This document shows positions 19,520 to 29,577 of a stretch of DNA of 64,000 nucleotides, piece after piece. The stretch is from Candidatus Latescibacterota bacterium (GTDB lineage Bacteria; Latescibacterota; UBA2968; UBA8231). Within the stretch, counting starts at the first letter, position 1; the number at the start of each line of letters is the position of its first letter. Below the pieces are notes generated by a model, which was not told where the DNA came from, did not search any database, and worked only from the letters and a program-made list of their open reading frames with translations. The DNA lies in assembly GCA_965200315.1 (NCBI GenBank), contig OZ241362.1, positions 2,112,001-2,176,000 of the forward strand, given 5' to 3'. A program made the translations under genes and the position numbers.

Positions 19520-19815
19520 ATGTCTGATCTATACCCAATCGTCGAAGTGACACGAGAATCGGTCAGTGAGTCCGAGGAGATGGGGAGCAAAGATAAGTTC
19601 TGGTATCTCCATCCGAAGACGGAAGAAGGATGGCTCTTCAAATATCCCCGCTGTAATACAGGGGAACACTGGGCTGAGAAAATTGCCGCCGAGCTCGCGA
19701 ACCTACTGGAAATTTCACATGCTAAGGTAGAATTTGTAGAATGTCTCCTTCAGCCAGAAAGTTTGTAATTGCGTTGGTGTGCTATACTCTTGAACAATTG
19801 CAGGAGCTTACGTAA
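19520..19815 (+). pseudogene. HipA-like kinase with large internal deletion
   Basis: N-lobe 'EEMGSKDKFW…WLFKYPR..TGEHWAEKIA' runs directly into an out-of-frame tail 19741-19815 whose TAA overlaps the next ATG. Confidence 0.75.
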
Positions 19816-20561
19816 TGAGCACGAGAACCTTATTTCTAGCTTGGCAGGACAAAAAGCCCAGCAGGGCATGGTTTCCGGTGGGGCGGCTAGATGCTGATGT
19901 CGAACGTTCGCTCTATCGCTTCCGTTACATCGGCGGCGCAAGGCGAGCACAAGAAGAGGTGGGGTTTCCTCTGTTGATCGATTTTCCCGATTTAAACCAA
20001 GATTATCAGTCTGCGGAGTTGTTCCCGCTATTCCAAAACCGGGTTATGAATCGGGCAAGGCCGGACTTCGCCGACTACCTTCACAGGCTTGCTCTGACCG
20101 AAGGAGCGGACCCCATTGAGATTTTGTCCACCAACGGAGGCCGCCGCGTAACGGACGCTTACGAGGTTTTTCCAAAGCTCGAGAAAGACGACGCCGGGCA
20201 CTTTTCTTGCCGGTTCTTCCTGCACGGATGGCGACACATCAATGAAGCGACCAAAGATCGAATTGACCGCCTTGAGCAAGAAGAAGAACTGTATGTCACA
20301 CTGGAATTGGCCAATCCGGTGACCGGGTTGGCCGTGCAAATGCAGACGACTGACTACTGTATGATCGGGTGGGCACCGCGTTACTTGGTGGCAGATCTGG
20401 TTGCGGCGATGGCCGAAGGGCTTGGTAAATTCGGGGCGAAAGTGGTGCGGATTAATCGTCAAACCATCCTGTTGAAGCAGCGCGTATTGATTGAGATGCG
20501 TGGCTGCTGGGATAAACACGAACCAATGAGCGGCGAGGATTTTAAGCCCTTGGTCAATTGA
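19815..20561 (+). CDS. HIRAN-domain protein (partner of HipA-like kinase)
   Basis: 'LFLAWQ…WFPVGRL', 'LFPLFQNRVM..RPDF', 'FFLHG.RH', 'IGWAPRYL'. Confidence 0.8.
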   Translation: MSTRTLFLAWQDKKPSRAWFPVGRLDADVERSLYRFRYIGGARRAQEEVGFPLLIDFPDLNQDYQSAELFPLFQNRVMNRARPDFADYLHRLALTEGADPIEILSTNGGRRVTDAYEVFPKLEKDDAGHFSCRFFLHGWRHINEATKDRIDRLEQEEELYVTLELANPVTGLAVQMQTTDYCMIGWAPRYLVADLVAAMAEGLGKFGAKVVRINRQTILLKQRVLIEMRGCWDKHEPMSGEDFKPLVN

Positions 20562-20606
20562 TTGTCCAGCGGAGCTTCCGACTGATTCCGTCCTTCCTGT
20601 GGTCGC

Positions 20607-21229
20607 TCACGGAGCAGTTGCAGCTATCATTTGTAGAAAATCGCGGATCGTGCTGAAGACGCTGTGGTCCAGATTCCAGTAGTCTTTTTTGCTGCCACGC
20701 CTACGGAAAAATGAGGGTTGGGCTTTGTCGTCAGATAGGCATGGGCACGGGCCTTGGTGGGTTTCTCGATGGACACGTCCGGCAGGGATTCGACACACTT
20801 GAAAAAGCCGTCAATACAGTCCTCCACCGGGTTATCCGCAAAGCTCTCGCACAGTAGCGTCTCAAGCATTCCTTGACGATTATCGCCGGGCAGTATCAGC
20901 ACCGTCACCGCCGGCCTAGTATCAGTGCTTTCTACAGGGCTGCCCGGCACTGGCAGTGCGGCATTGCTCAGCGCCGACTGAACGCTTTGGAACGCTCCTC
21001 CGGCGGACGTTTCCGCATCCCGAACAATGCCAATACTCTGAACGGCTTGGAAGCCCGGCGCGTTCACAAGATCCCGCAGAAAACTACCCAACTCATTCAC
21101 GCCGCCGAAGTTTTGAATCTGGATATTCTCAAGCGATAGATGATCGACAAACGCTTCAAAGAAGTTGCGCTGATCATTGCCCTCAACGAGAAGCTGAATT
21201 TTCGATTTGATTTTTTCTGCTCTTGGCAT
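20607..21229 (-). CDS. DUF3226-like (TOPRIM-like) protein; 3' end frameshifted at the T6 run 20685-20690
   Basis: 'LLVEGND', 'GIVRDAE', 'GMLETL'; natural tail 'KKDYWNLDHSVF…' lies in the adjacent frame. Confidence 0.7.
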
Positions 21230-21231
21230 AC

Positions 21232-22272
21232 CTAGCGAACCTCAAGATTGTGTCGGATTGCAGCGTAGATTGCATCCGGTTCGTAGGTGACACAGCGGCT
21301 CGTCTTGTCATCGACTTCAAGCCAGTGTAGGAGGAAGCCGTCAGAGCCAAGAGCTTGATGAGCCGATTCTATACATTCAAAACTATGCGTGGTCGCAAAT
21401 ATCTGCGTGTGGAATTGCTTAGCTGCTTCATCAATGGCCCGCCAGACATCGGACAGCACTGAGTGGTGAATGCCGTTTTCGACTTCATCTATCAGAACGA
21501 CGCCATTCGGCATAGAAGCTATGGCCAAAACAATCCGGGCAACCTGAGCCATGCCTTCGCCCATTGCTACTAGGGGCACCAGTTCCGACAACCCGATGTC
21601 TCCCCAGATCATGGGGGTGCCGCTGGAGGAATTGTCTTCGATGCTCTGTAGCTTCGGTTCTATGGTCTGTAGTGTTTTTAAGATCAGATCGCCTTGCTTC
21701 TGTCTCCTCAACTGTCCTAGCTGCATAGCATCTTCACGGGGATTCCGGGTCCGAGATAAGACAATTGCCGCAGGCAAAAAGACATGTATAGAAGATTGAT
21801 GGACCTCAAATTCCTGTCCATTAAAGTGTATATGACTTTTAATTTTTTTATGTACAGGATCGTCATATTGGAATACAAGCGAACGTTCGTCGAAAAGATT
21901 CGTCGCCGAAATTCCGTCCGTCCGCTCAAGGGGAATCTCAGTGGTGGGCTGTCGCTCCGAGGTGATCTTCAAAGCTAATTCACCACGCGATTTATAATAT
22001 CCTTTAATCTCAATATGACCTCCCATGTCCAAATTGTAGAAGAGCTGTTTCCAGAAGGGATCTTTCATTGGAGCACCTGATTCTATGCCCCGAATAACAT
22101 TGGTATTTACGGCCAGTTGCGCGTTTCCGCCTCCAGACAGCAGAAACATTGCCTCAAGTAAACTGGTCTTGCCAGAATTATTCTTTCCGGCGATAAGATT
22201 AATGCTGCTCAACGGATCGATTTTAAGCGCGTTGAAGCCGCGAAAATTTTGTATCTGCAAGCGTTTCAACAT
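21232..22272 (-). CDS. ABC-type (AAA_15/AAA_21-like) ATPase
   Basis: 'IQNFRGF', Walker A GKNNSGKT, 'MGEG', 'LIDEVENGIH', 'ATTHS'. Confidence 0.9.
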   Translation of the reverse strand: MLKRLQIQNFRGFNALKIDPLSSINLIAGKNNSGKTSLLEAMFLLSGGGNAQLAVNTNVIRGIESGAPMKDPFWKQLFYNLDMGGHIEIKGYYKSRGELALKITSERQPTTEIPLERTDGISATNLFDERSLVFQYDDPVHKKIKSHIHFNGQEFEVHQSSIHVFLPAAIVLSRTRNPREDAMQLGQLRRQKQGDLILKTLQTIEPKLQSIEDNSSSGTPMIWGDIGLSELVPLVAMGEGMAQVARIVLAIASMPNGVVLIDEVENGIHHSVLSDVWRAIDEAAKQFHTQIFATTHSFECIESAHQALGSDGFLLHWLEVDDKTSRCVTYEPDAIYAAIRHNLEVR

Positions 22273-22289
22273 GGCCTTGGCTCCTTACT

Positions 22290-22462
22290 TATATTGGATT
22301 CTCTAGATTTTTTACGATAACTTACGATGGTCGCCACATCAAGATAGCTAATACCCAGAACCTTGGGAATGTTTATACAGCCAATTCGATAAGGTCTTCT
22401 ACGACGCTGGGATACTCTCGGATGGCGGCTTCAAAATTAGCGAGGGCCTCTTCTTCTGTTTT
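22290..22462 (-). pseudogene. hicB/hicA relic
   Basis: 22462-22373 reads 'KTEEEALANFEAAIREYPSVVEDLIELAV*' (HicB-like), followed by 'IPKVLGISYLD' (HicA-like start). Confidence 0.5.
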
Positions 22463-23665
22463 TCAGGTCCTATCCCGTTTATCAATGGTACTCGTTCCCC
22501 ACACCCGCCCAATCGCCGCCCGAATCTTTGCTTCCATTTGCTCCACCAATTCCCGCGCCCCGTCTATCACCCGCTGATAGCTCTCTATTTCGGCGACGAT
22601 TTCTCGCTGCACTTCGAGCGGTGGTAGGGGAATTTGAATTTCTGATAATTGTCTTTTGGTGACGCCTTGTATAGTTGAACCTTGACTAACGTTCTTGAAA
22701 TTTTCGACTCTATCCTTGAGCACATATACAAGATAATCTGCATTGACCACATCTTTCAGAATTAGTCCTTGAGAATCTTGGCTTATGCAAACGTCAAAAT
22801 CATTCTTGAATAATTTCCCCAGTCCGACTCTCGTTACGACTATAACACTTCCTTTTTTGATTAAGTTAGTAGTCGATTCCCTGATAGCTTTTTTTGTAAT
22901 ATGTTTTCGCGGCTTCGCCGTCTTAATATTTACGATATCTGCACTTGTAATCCAAGGAATATCGCCGTTCCAATAGGTTTCCTTTTTTGTTGAAGGCGTA
23001 CCACCACTTAAAATATCATCGCAGACATCTCTTAATTCTACCATAGGCCATTTTGTTTTCGTACGATCCTCACTCTCCCGATACCGCTCCCCACTCAAAT
23101 TATACTCCCCCCCGCAATCTTCTCCTTCTCAGCAATCACCCCAAGCGTAGTAGTGTATTCCACTTTAGGTTCCGCCACACCATCGCTCAGCATCGACTCC
23201 CCCGCCCGCAGCCGCCCCAAATACTCCCCCAATTCCTCCCGCACCCTCGGCAAATCATTCTCCGCAATTTTCCGCCGCTGCGCCCCCAAATCAAACCCAT
23301 CATTTTCTACCTTAAAAAAGGCAATGCGATCCGTCTTTTGCGCCAGCGCCTTGTCCAGCAGCAAAATGGACGTCTTGACCCCCGAATAGGGCTGGAACAC
23401 GCCCGCCGGCAGCGAAATAACAGCTACCAGATAATTCTCCACCAGCATCTTGCGTAGCTGCTTATGAGCAGTCTGGCTCTGAAAGATAACGCCCTCTGGC
23501 ACAATGATACCGGCGCACCCAGCAGGCGTCAGATGCTCGGCCATGTAATCGACAAACAGCACTTCGCTGCGTTTGGATTGCACTGAAAAGCGGCGATGCG
23601 GACGGATGCCGCCCTTCGGCGACATAAACGGCGGATTGGCCAAAATCACGTCGGCATGGTTCCAT
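22463..23665 (-). pseudogene. Type I R-M methyltransferase-specificity fusion, 5'-deleted and frameshifted at a G7 run (23107-23113)
   Basis: 'DVILANPPF' begins ~60 bp after the hsdR stop; one extra G gives '…IAGGEYNLSGERYRE…' into a single TRD ('GGTPST', 'IPLPPLEVQREIV'). Confidence 0.8.
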
Positions 23666-23717
23666 TCACTGTTTTTTCGGATAAATGCGTTAATCGCGGA
23701 TAAAAAAAGCTGATTTT

Positions 23718-26225
23718 CTAAGCGGCAAACTGGTTCAGGGACACGTAATCCTTGACATACTCGGGAACGAGCGTCCGATATGGTTCCGGCACCGCGCGAA
23801 AGTCGCGGGAGGAAAAGGCCGGATTGGTCGCCAATGCAGCAAAGCGTCGATTCTCAATAATGTCTCGGGTCTGGCCGCTGGTCAGGTACGCCTTGAAGTA
23901 CGCCCTAATCGCCGCAATGGATTCAGCCTCGTCGGGTTTGTGATCAACGACGAATTTGGCGAACTCCTCTTCGAGCAACTCGTCTATCGACTTAAAACGC
24001 GGAATGAGGTCAAAAACCTTCTCCAGTATCTCGCGCAAGGTTAGGCGGCGGTCCACCGCAGCGGCTTGGCGCAGCTTGGCGAGGGTGTAGTACTCCTCGG
24101 GTTTGTCGAAGACTTCTTGGTTCACATAGTCGATGGCGCGATCCCATTGGCCCGCCTCAATGGCTCGGGCAATGAAGTCGTTTTCGCGCACCTCGTCGGC
24201 AAAGCGGTCGAAAAACATCCGATCAATTCTCATCCCCTCGGAGCCGATTTGCTCTTGCTCAATTGTCGAGAGGAAGTCGCTTCCCAAGTGCTCGTAGAGG
24301 CTGGCATATACAACCGGCCTTGGGCCGTCGCCATCGCCTTTGTCTCGCAGCCGAGGCAGTTCCAATACCTCGTCGTAGTTGAACTCGCTCTCGAAGTATT
24401 GGCAGTTGCCGAAGAAGTCGAACAGCTTGAAGGTGGTCTTTTCCGGCTCAGGGGCCACGTCTGTGGCGCGGCGACCTATCATCTGGTCGAGGAAGTTGTG
24501 CTTTCTGGTGCCGCGCCCCTTGATCTGGACGAAATCCGTCGGCGAGAATATCGGCCTGAACAGACCCAAGTTGAGAATGTCGGTACAGTCGTAGCCAGTG
24601 GTCATCATGCCGACGGTTACGCATATCCGCGCCTTGCTCGTCCGGTACTCGCGCATGAAGTTGCCGGAGCCCAAGAGGTTGTTGTTGGCAAAGTTGACCG
24701 CGAATTGCTGGGCGTCCGCCACGTGCGACGTAACTTGCACCGCAAAGTCCGACTGGTACTTGTCCGGAAACATGCGGTCGGCGATCTCGTTGAATAGCTG
24801 CGTTAGCTTGGCCGCGTGAGTCTGGCTCACTGCAAAGGCGATAGACTTCCCAATTTCCCCGCTGATCGGATCGCGGAGCGCATTCTCCAAGAAGGTTCGG
24901 CAGAAGACCGCGTTCGTAGCTTCCGAGAAAAACTCCCGCTCAAAGTCGCGCTTTTTGAACGCCTCCTGCTGCTCTCCCTCATCATCGGAGAAAGACACCA
25001 CAAAGCCCTTGTCAGCGAGAAGCTGAGTGGTCACCTCGGTGCGTACATCCACAACTCGAGGATTGATCAGATACCCATCGCGAACCCCGTCGAGCAGGGA
25101 GTAGCGGAACGTCGGATCGCCACTTTCGCAGCCAAAGGTGCGGTACGTGTCGAGCAGCAACCGGCGCTCCACCTCGCGCGGATCGGTCGCATGAGTGCCT
25201 CTGAGGTAATCGCGAGGCGTCGCGGTCAGCCCCAGCTTGTACCCGACGAAGTAATCGAATACAGCGCGGGCGTTGCCGCTGATAGACCGGTGCGCCTCGT
25301 CCGAAATCACCAAGTCGAAGTCGGTCGGCGAAAACAGCGACTGGTACTTGTTGTTGAACAGCAGCGACTGAACAGTCGTGACCACAATGTGCGCCCGCCA
25401 ATCGTCGCGTTTTTCCTTGTAGATGACCGCGTCGAAGTCGTTCGCCAAGTACGGGACGAAGGACTTGTTCGCCGCTTGGGCTTCCAACTCCAGCCGATCG
25501 ACCAAGAAGAGAACGCGGCGAGCGTTGCCAGTGCGGAGAAATAGCTTGATAACAGCGGCGGCCACTAGCGTCTTGCCAGTGCCGGTGGCCATCTCGAACA
25601 GAAATCGGTCGCGTCCGTCGCGGACGGCCCGCTGCAAACGGTGGATCGCTCGCACCTGGTAATCGCGCAAAAAGCGCAAGCCGTGCGTCTGAATGTATCC
25701 AGAACGCTCGGCCTCGTTGCGCCACCCGGCCTCGGCCGCATAGTTGGGTCGCTGCGTGAGCGCGATGTAGTCGTGGCCAACCCGTTCATCAATCAGGCGC
25801 TGCGGGTTGGGCGCAACCTGTCTGTACCCTTCCACCGAGTCCGGCGATGGGAACGCCGTAATGATATGCGGATTGCCGCGCTCTAGATCCCAGAAGTAAT
25901 GCAGATTGCCGTTGGAGAGGATGACGAAGCGGCAGTTCAGCGAGCGGGCGTAGCGGCGGGCCTGCTCTTTGCCGACCAGTGGGTCTTTGTCCTCGGACTT
26001 GGCTTCCAACACGACCAGTGGGAACCCTCGGTCGTCAATGAGCAGAAAATCGACAAACCCCCGGCCGGACTCAAAATTGTTGCCTAAGCTATCGAGATCG
26101 TCGCGCTTGAGGGCGATGTGCGCCTCCAAGCGGATATTGGCCGGTCCCTTGTCGTCGTCGAAGAATCGCCAACCCGCGTTTGCGAGCAACTGGTCGATTT
26201 TGCGCCGAGCAGCAGCCTCGCTCAT
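23718..26225 (-). CDS. hsdR: Type I restriction enzyme R subunit (EcoEI-like)
   Basis: Nuclease 'DFLL…VLEAK', 'MATGTGKT', 'DEAH', 'GLTATP', 'QIKGRGTR'; ATGA overlap with murB stop. Confidence 0.9.
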   Translation of the reverse strand: MSEAAARRKIDQLLANAGWRFFDDDKGPANIRLEAHIALKRDDLDSLGNNFESGRGFVDFLLIDDRGFPLVVLEAKSEDKDPLVGKEQARRYARSLNCRFVILSNGNLHYFWDLERGNPHIITAFPSPDSVEGYRQVAPNPQRLIDERVGHDYIALTQRPNYAAEAGWRNEAERSGYIQTHGLRFLRDYQVRAIHRLQRAVRDGRDRFLFEMATGTGKTLVAAAVIKLFLRTGNARRVLFLVDRLELEAQAANKSFVPYLANDFDAVIYKEKRDDWRAHIVVTTVQSLLFNNKYQSLFSPTDFDLVISDEAHRSISGNARAVFDYFVGYKLGLTATPRDYLRGTHATDPREVERRLLLDTYRTFGCESGDPTFRYSLLDGVRDGYLINPRVVDVRTEVTTQLLADKGFVVSFSDDEGEQQEAFKKRDFEREFFSEATNAVFCRTFLENALRDPISGEIGKSIAFAVSQTHAAKLTQLFNEIADRMFPDKYQSDFAVQVTSHVADAQQFAVNFANNNLLGSGNFMREYRTSKARICVTVGMMTTGYDCTDILNLGLFRPIFSPTDFVQIKGRGTRKHNFLDQMIGRRATDVAPEPEKTTFKLFDFFGNCQYFESEFNYDEVLELPRLRDKGDGDGPRPVVYASLYEHLGSDFLSTIEQEQIGSEGMRIDRMFFDRFADEVRENDFIARAIEAGQWDRAIDYVNQEVFDKPEEYYTLAKLRQAAAVDRRLTLREILEKVFDLIPRFKSIDELLEEEFAKFVVDHKPDEAESIAAIRAYFKAYLTSGQTRDIIENRRFAALATNPAFSSRDFRAVPEPYRTLVPEYVKDYVSLNQFAA

Positions 26226-27253
26226 CCCCCCTCCGCCACCAACACCGGCTCCCGCTCTAAGCGAATCCCAAAAGCCTGCTGCACCCCCTCTCGTATCTCA
26301 CCGGCCAAGGCGAGTACCTCGCGAGTCGTGCCGCTGCGATTGACCAAAGCCAGCGCGTGTCGCTGTGAGATGCCAACGCCGCCCCTTTGCAGCCCCTTGT
26401 GAAACCCCGCTTGCTCAACGAGCCAAGCGGCGGGCACTTTGACGCCAGCCGAATCGGGAAAGTGCGGAACGCTCGGATAGCGGTCCTTTAACGCAGCAAA
26501 GGCTTCCGCGTCGATGACTGGATTTAAGAAGAAGGAGCCGACCGAGCGCGAATTTGGGTCTTGCCGGTCAATGACCATGGACTTACCGCGGCGGAGCGCC
26601 AGCACCGCGTCGCGCACAGTAGCTAAGGTCGGGCGGGCGTCGTTCAGATGCCGACGCAGCTCCGGGTAGCGAATTTGCGGCTGGCCGCTGGCATCTAAGC
26701 GATACGTCACCGAGGTCACAATAAAGAGGTCGCGGTCGGCGCCCTTAAAGCGGCTCTGGCGGTAGGCAAAGCCGCATTCGGCCGGGGCAAACGCGATCTC
26801 CTCCAAGGTCTGGCGGTCGAGCACCCGCACTTCTACGATGGTGTCTTTTACTTCTTGGCCATACGCGCCCACGTTTTGGATAGGCGTCGCACCCACCGAT
26901 CCGGGGATGCCCGAAAGACACTCCACCCCGGCCAAACCGCGCTTTACACAGCACTGGACAAAGCCATCCCAATCCTCGCCAGCCGCTACCTCAGCAGTCG
27001 CGCCATTGAACTCCAAGCCACTGAGTGCCACTTTGAGCACCAAGCCGCTGTACCCAGCATCGGCAAAGAGCACGTTGCTGCCGCCGCCGAGCACTTGCAC
27101 GGGCAGGCCCTCGGCCACCGCCCATGTCAAGCAGGTGCGCATCTGGTCTAGGGAAGTGCATTCGGCCAAGTAGCGCGCCGGACCGCCGAGGCCGAGGGTG
27201 GTGAGGGGAGCGAGTGGGATATGCTCGCGGAGGATAGGGGACGGCTTTGCCAT
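26222..27253 (-). CDS. murB: UDP-N-acetylenolpyruvoylglucosamine reductase
   Basis: 'LGGGSN', 'GIPGSVGATPIQNVGAYG', 'SVGSFFLNP', 'HALALVN', 'LEREP'. Confidence 0.96.
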   Translation of the reverse strand: MAKPSPILREHIPLAPLTTLGLGGPARYLAECTSLDQMRTCLTWAVAEGLPVQVLGGGSNVLFADAGYSGLVLKVALSGLEFNGATAEVAAGEDWDGFVQCCVKRGLAGVECLSGIPGSVGATPIQNVGAYGQEVKDTIVEVRVLDRQTLEEIAFAPAECGFAYRQSRFKGADRDLFIVTSVTYRLDASGQPQIRYPELRRHLNDARPTLATVRDAVLALRRGKSMVIDRQDPNSRSVGSFFLNPVIDAEAFAALKDRYPSVPHFPDSAGVKVPAAWLVEQAGFHKGLQRGGVGISQRHALALVNRSGTTREVLALAGEIREGVQQAFGIRLEREPVLVAEGG

Positions 27254-27346
27254 GAAGTGACGCCTCGTTTTGCATGTATGGGCATTTGCGTTGCACTGTC
27301 TATATAGAGAATATAGGGCGTATAATGCACAACGCCGGAGCACGCG

Positions 27347-27817
27347 ATGAAAAAGACCCTCTATCTCGCCAGCCCGTATGGATTCTCGCCCCAATGGAAG
27401 GAGCAACTGCTGCCCCAGTTCGTCTCGGCCTTAGAGGCATTGGGAGCTGAGGTCTGGGAGCCTTTTGCCCGCAACAACCAAGTCGATTTTTCCGCGCCGG
27501 GCTGGGCCTACCAAGTCGGCCAAGCTGACTTGCGCGACGTGGTCGCGGCCGACGCGATCTTCGCCATTGTCAATGGGACGCCGCCGGATGAGGGGGTGAT
27601 GGTCGAGTTGGGGGCGGCCATTGCCCTCGGCAAGCCGACCTTTCTCTTCCGCGACGACTTCCGCCGCTGCACGGATTCAGAAAACTACCCCCTGAACCTG
27701 ATGCTGTTCACCGGCCTGCCGGAAGACGGCTGGGAAGCCTACTACTACACATCGCTCGCAGAAATTAGCGCACCCGACAAGGCCCTCGCGCGCTGGCTGC
27801 GGGACGAACGGACCTGA
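27347..27817 (+). CDS. Nucleoside 2-deoxyribosyltransferase-family protein
   Basis: 'LYLASP', 'PDEGVMVELG.AIALGKP', 'NLM'. Confidence 0.88.
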   Translation: MKKTLYLASPYGFSPQWKEQLLPQFVSALEALGAEVWEPFARNNQVDFSAPGWAYQVGQADLRDVVAADAIFAIVNGTPPDEGVMVELGAAIALGKPTFLFRDDFRRCTDSENYPLNLMLFTGLPEDGWEAYYYTSLAEISAPDKALARWLRDERT

Positions 27818-27818
27818 C

Positions 27819-29099
27819 ATGCGCACGAGCATTCCCCCCCACTTGCTGCAAGACCCAGAGGTTGAGGCGTCCGAAAAGGTCTTGCGCGCCTGCGTCCACT
27901 GCGGCTTTTGCAATGCCACTTGCCCCACCTACCTGCTCACCGGCAACGAACTCGAAGGGCCGCGCGGCCGCATCTACCTCATCAAAAGCGTTCTCGAAGA
28001 GGACATCCCCCCGACCCGCCAAACGGTCGAACACATTGACAACTGCCTCGGCTGCCTCGCGTGTGAGACCACCTGCCCAAGCGGCGTGGATTATTCGCTC
28101 CTCTTAGAAACGGCCCGGCCGCGGCTGGATCAGCTCGTCAAGCGTCCCTTGGCCGACCGCCTGCTGCGCGCCCTGCTGACGCGGCTGCTGCCCTACCCCG
28201 GCCGCACGCGCTTGGCACTCAGAATGGCTGGCGTGGGCCGCACGTTTTCCTTCCTGATGCCCCGCGCCATGCGGCCCCTGTTGGCGATGGCACCCAAGCG
28301 ATTGCCGCGACCCGCTTCTGTCGCCCGGCCCGGCGTCGTGCCTGCCGAAGGCGAGCGTCGGCTGCGCGTGGCCCTGCTCACCGGGTGCGTCCAACAAGTG
28401 CTGGGGCCGCAGATCAACGACGCGACCGTGCGGCTGCTGACGCGGCTGGGGGCTGAGGTGGTCATCCCGCCGGATATGGGCTGTTGCGGCGCGCTGACTT
28501 TCCACATGGGCGAGCGTCCGCGCAGCCGCAAGCTAATGCAGCGCGCTATTGCGGTTTGGCAGCGCGAGTTGGACGTGGGTTTGGACGCGATTGTGCTCAA
28601 CACGTCTGGGTGCGGCACGGCCATCAAAGAATACGATCACATCTTCGGCCACGATCCCCAGTGGGCCGACAAGGCTAGGGCGGTGGTGGAGCGGGTGCGG
28701 GATGTCTCCGAGGTGGTGGCGCAATTGGGGTTGGGCAAGGCCAATCACGCGCCGGCCCTAAAGGTGGCGTATCACGACGCCTGTTCCCTCCAACACGGCC
28801 TGCACGTCACCGATCCACCAAGGCAACTGCTACAGGCCGCGGGCTTTGAGGTCGTCGAGGTGCCCGAGGGCCATATCTGCTGCGGCAGCGCGGGCACCTA
28901 CAACATGCTGCGCCCCGACTTGGCGCAAAAGCTACAAGCGCGCAAAGTAGAGCACATAGCCAGCGTCACGCCACAGATCGTAGCGGCGGGCAACATCGGC
29001 TGCATGGAACAAATCGCCGCTCGCGCCGAGGTGCCGGTCGTTCACACGGTCGAGCTGCTCGACTGGGCGACGGGCGGGCCCGCGCCGGTGGGGGTGTAA
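27819..29099 (+). CDS. glcF: Glycolate oxidase iron-sulfur subunit
   Basis: 'CVHCGFCNATCPTY', 'CLGCLACETTCPSGV', CCG domains 'CCGA', 'CCGSAGTYN'. Confidence 0.92.
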   Translation: MRTSIPPHLLQDPEVEASEKVLRACVHCGFCNATCPTYLLTGNELEGPRGRIYLIKSVLEEDIPPTRQTVEHIDNCLGCLACETTCPSGVDYSLLLETARPRLDQLVKRPLADRLLRALLTRLLPYPGRTRLALRMAGVGRTFSFLMPRAMRPLLAMAPKRLPRPASVARPGVVPAEGERRLRVALLTGCVQQVLGPQINDATVRLLTRLGAEVVIPPDMGCCGALTFHMGERPRSRKLMQRAIAVWQRELDVGLDAIVLNTSGCGTAIKEYDHIFGHDPQWADKARAVVERVRDVSEVVAQLGLGKANHAPALKVAYHDACSLQHGLHVTDPPRQLLQAAGFEVVEVPEGHICCGSAGTYNMLRPDLAQKLQARKVEHIASVTPQIVAAGNIGCMEQIAARAEVPVVHTVELLDWATGGPAPVGV

Positions 29100-29112
29100 G
29101 GGGTTGCTGCGC

Positions 29113-29577
29113 TTACGACGCCAAGGCTGCCAGTATCTCTTCTGGAGTTCGGGCGGGCGAGGCAAACGGATTGACCACCTGAACTGCGCCGAACTCTTGG
29201 CCGTGTTGCAGGTCCTCGGTCAGCAGAACTTTGCACTCGCAGGTCTGGGCGGCGGCGATGATGAGCGCGTCCCACCAAGACAAGGGAAAGCGGTCCTGCA
29301 AGACCCAAGCTCGGTTCAGCATCGCTAGGTCAGCGGCTACCGGCTGCCACGTTGCGAGCACCTTGATGATCTCTTGGGCCTCCGACCGGCTGAAGTTCAG
29401 CCGTTGCTCGTGCGTGAGAGTTACGTAGAGTTCTTGAAGAACCTGAAAGCTCAGACGACCGGAGCGGCTGTGTGCGAGCAGCCTGATCCATTGCTCGGCG
29501 CAAGCCTGCTTTGACGGCTCCGAGCTATCGTGGCGATAGACGAAGACATTGGTGTCAACGAAGACCGGGCCGGTCAT
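29113..29577 (-). CDS. VapC-type PIN toxin
   Basis: 'FVDTNVFVY', 'QVLQE', 'SWWDALI', 'LTEDL'. Confidence 0.92.
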   Translation of the reverse strand: MTGPVFVDTNVFVYRHDSSEPSKQACAEQWIRLLAHSRSGRLSFQVLQELYVTLTHEQRLNFSRSEAQEIIKVLATWQPVAADLAMLNRAWVLQDRFPLSWWDALIIAAAQTCECKVLLTEDLQHGQEFGAVQVVNPFASPARTPEEILAALAS

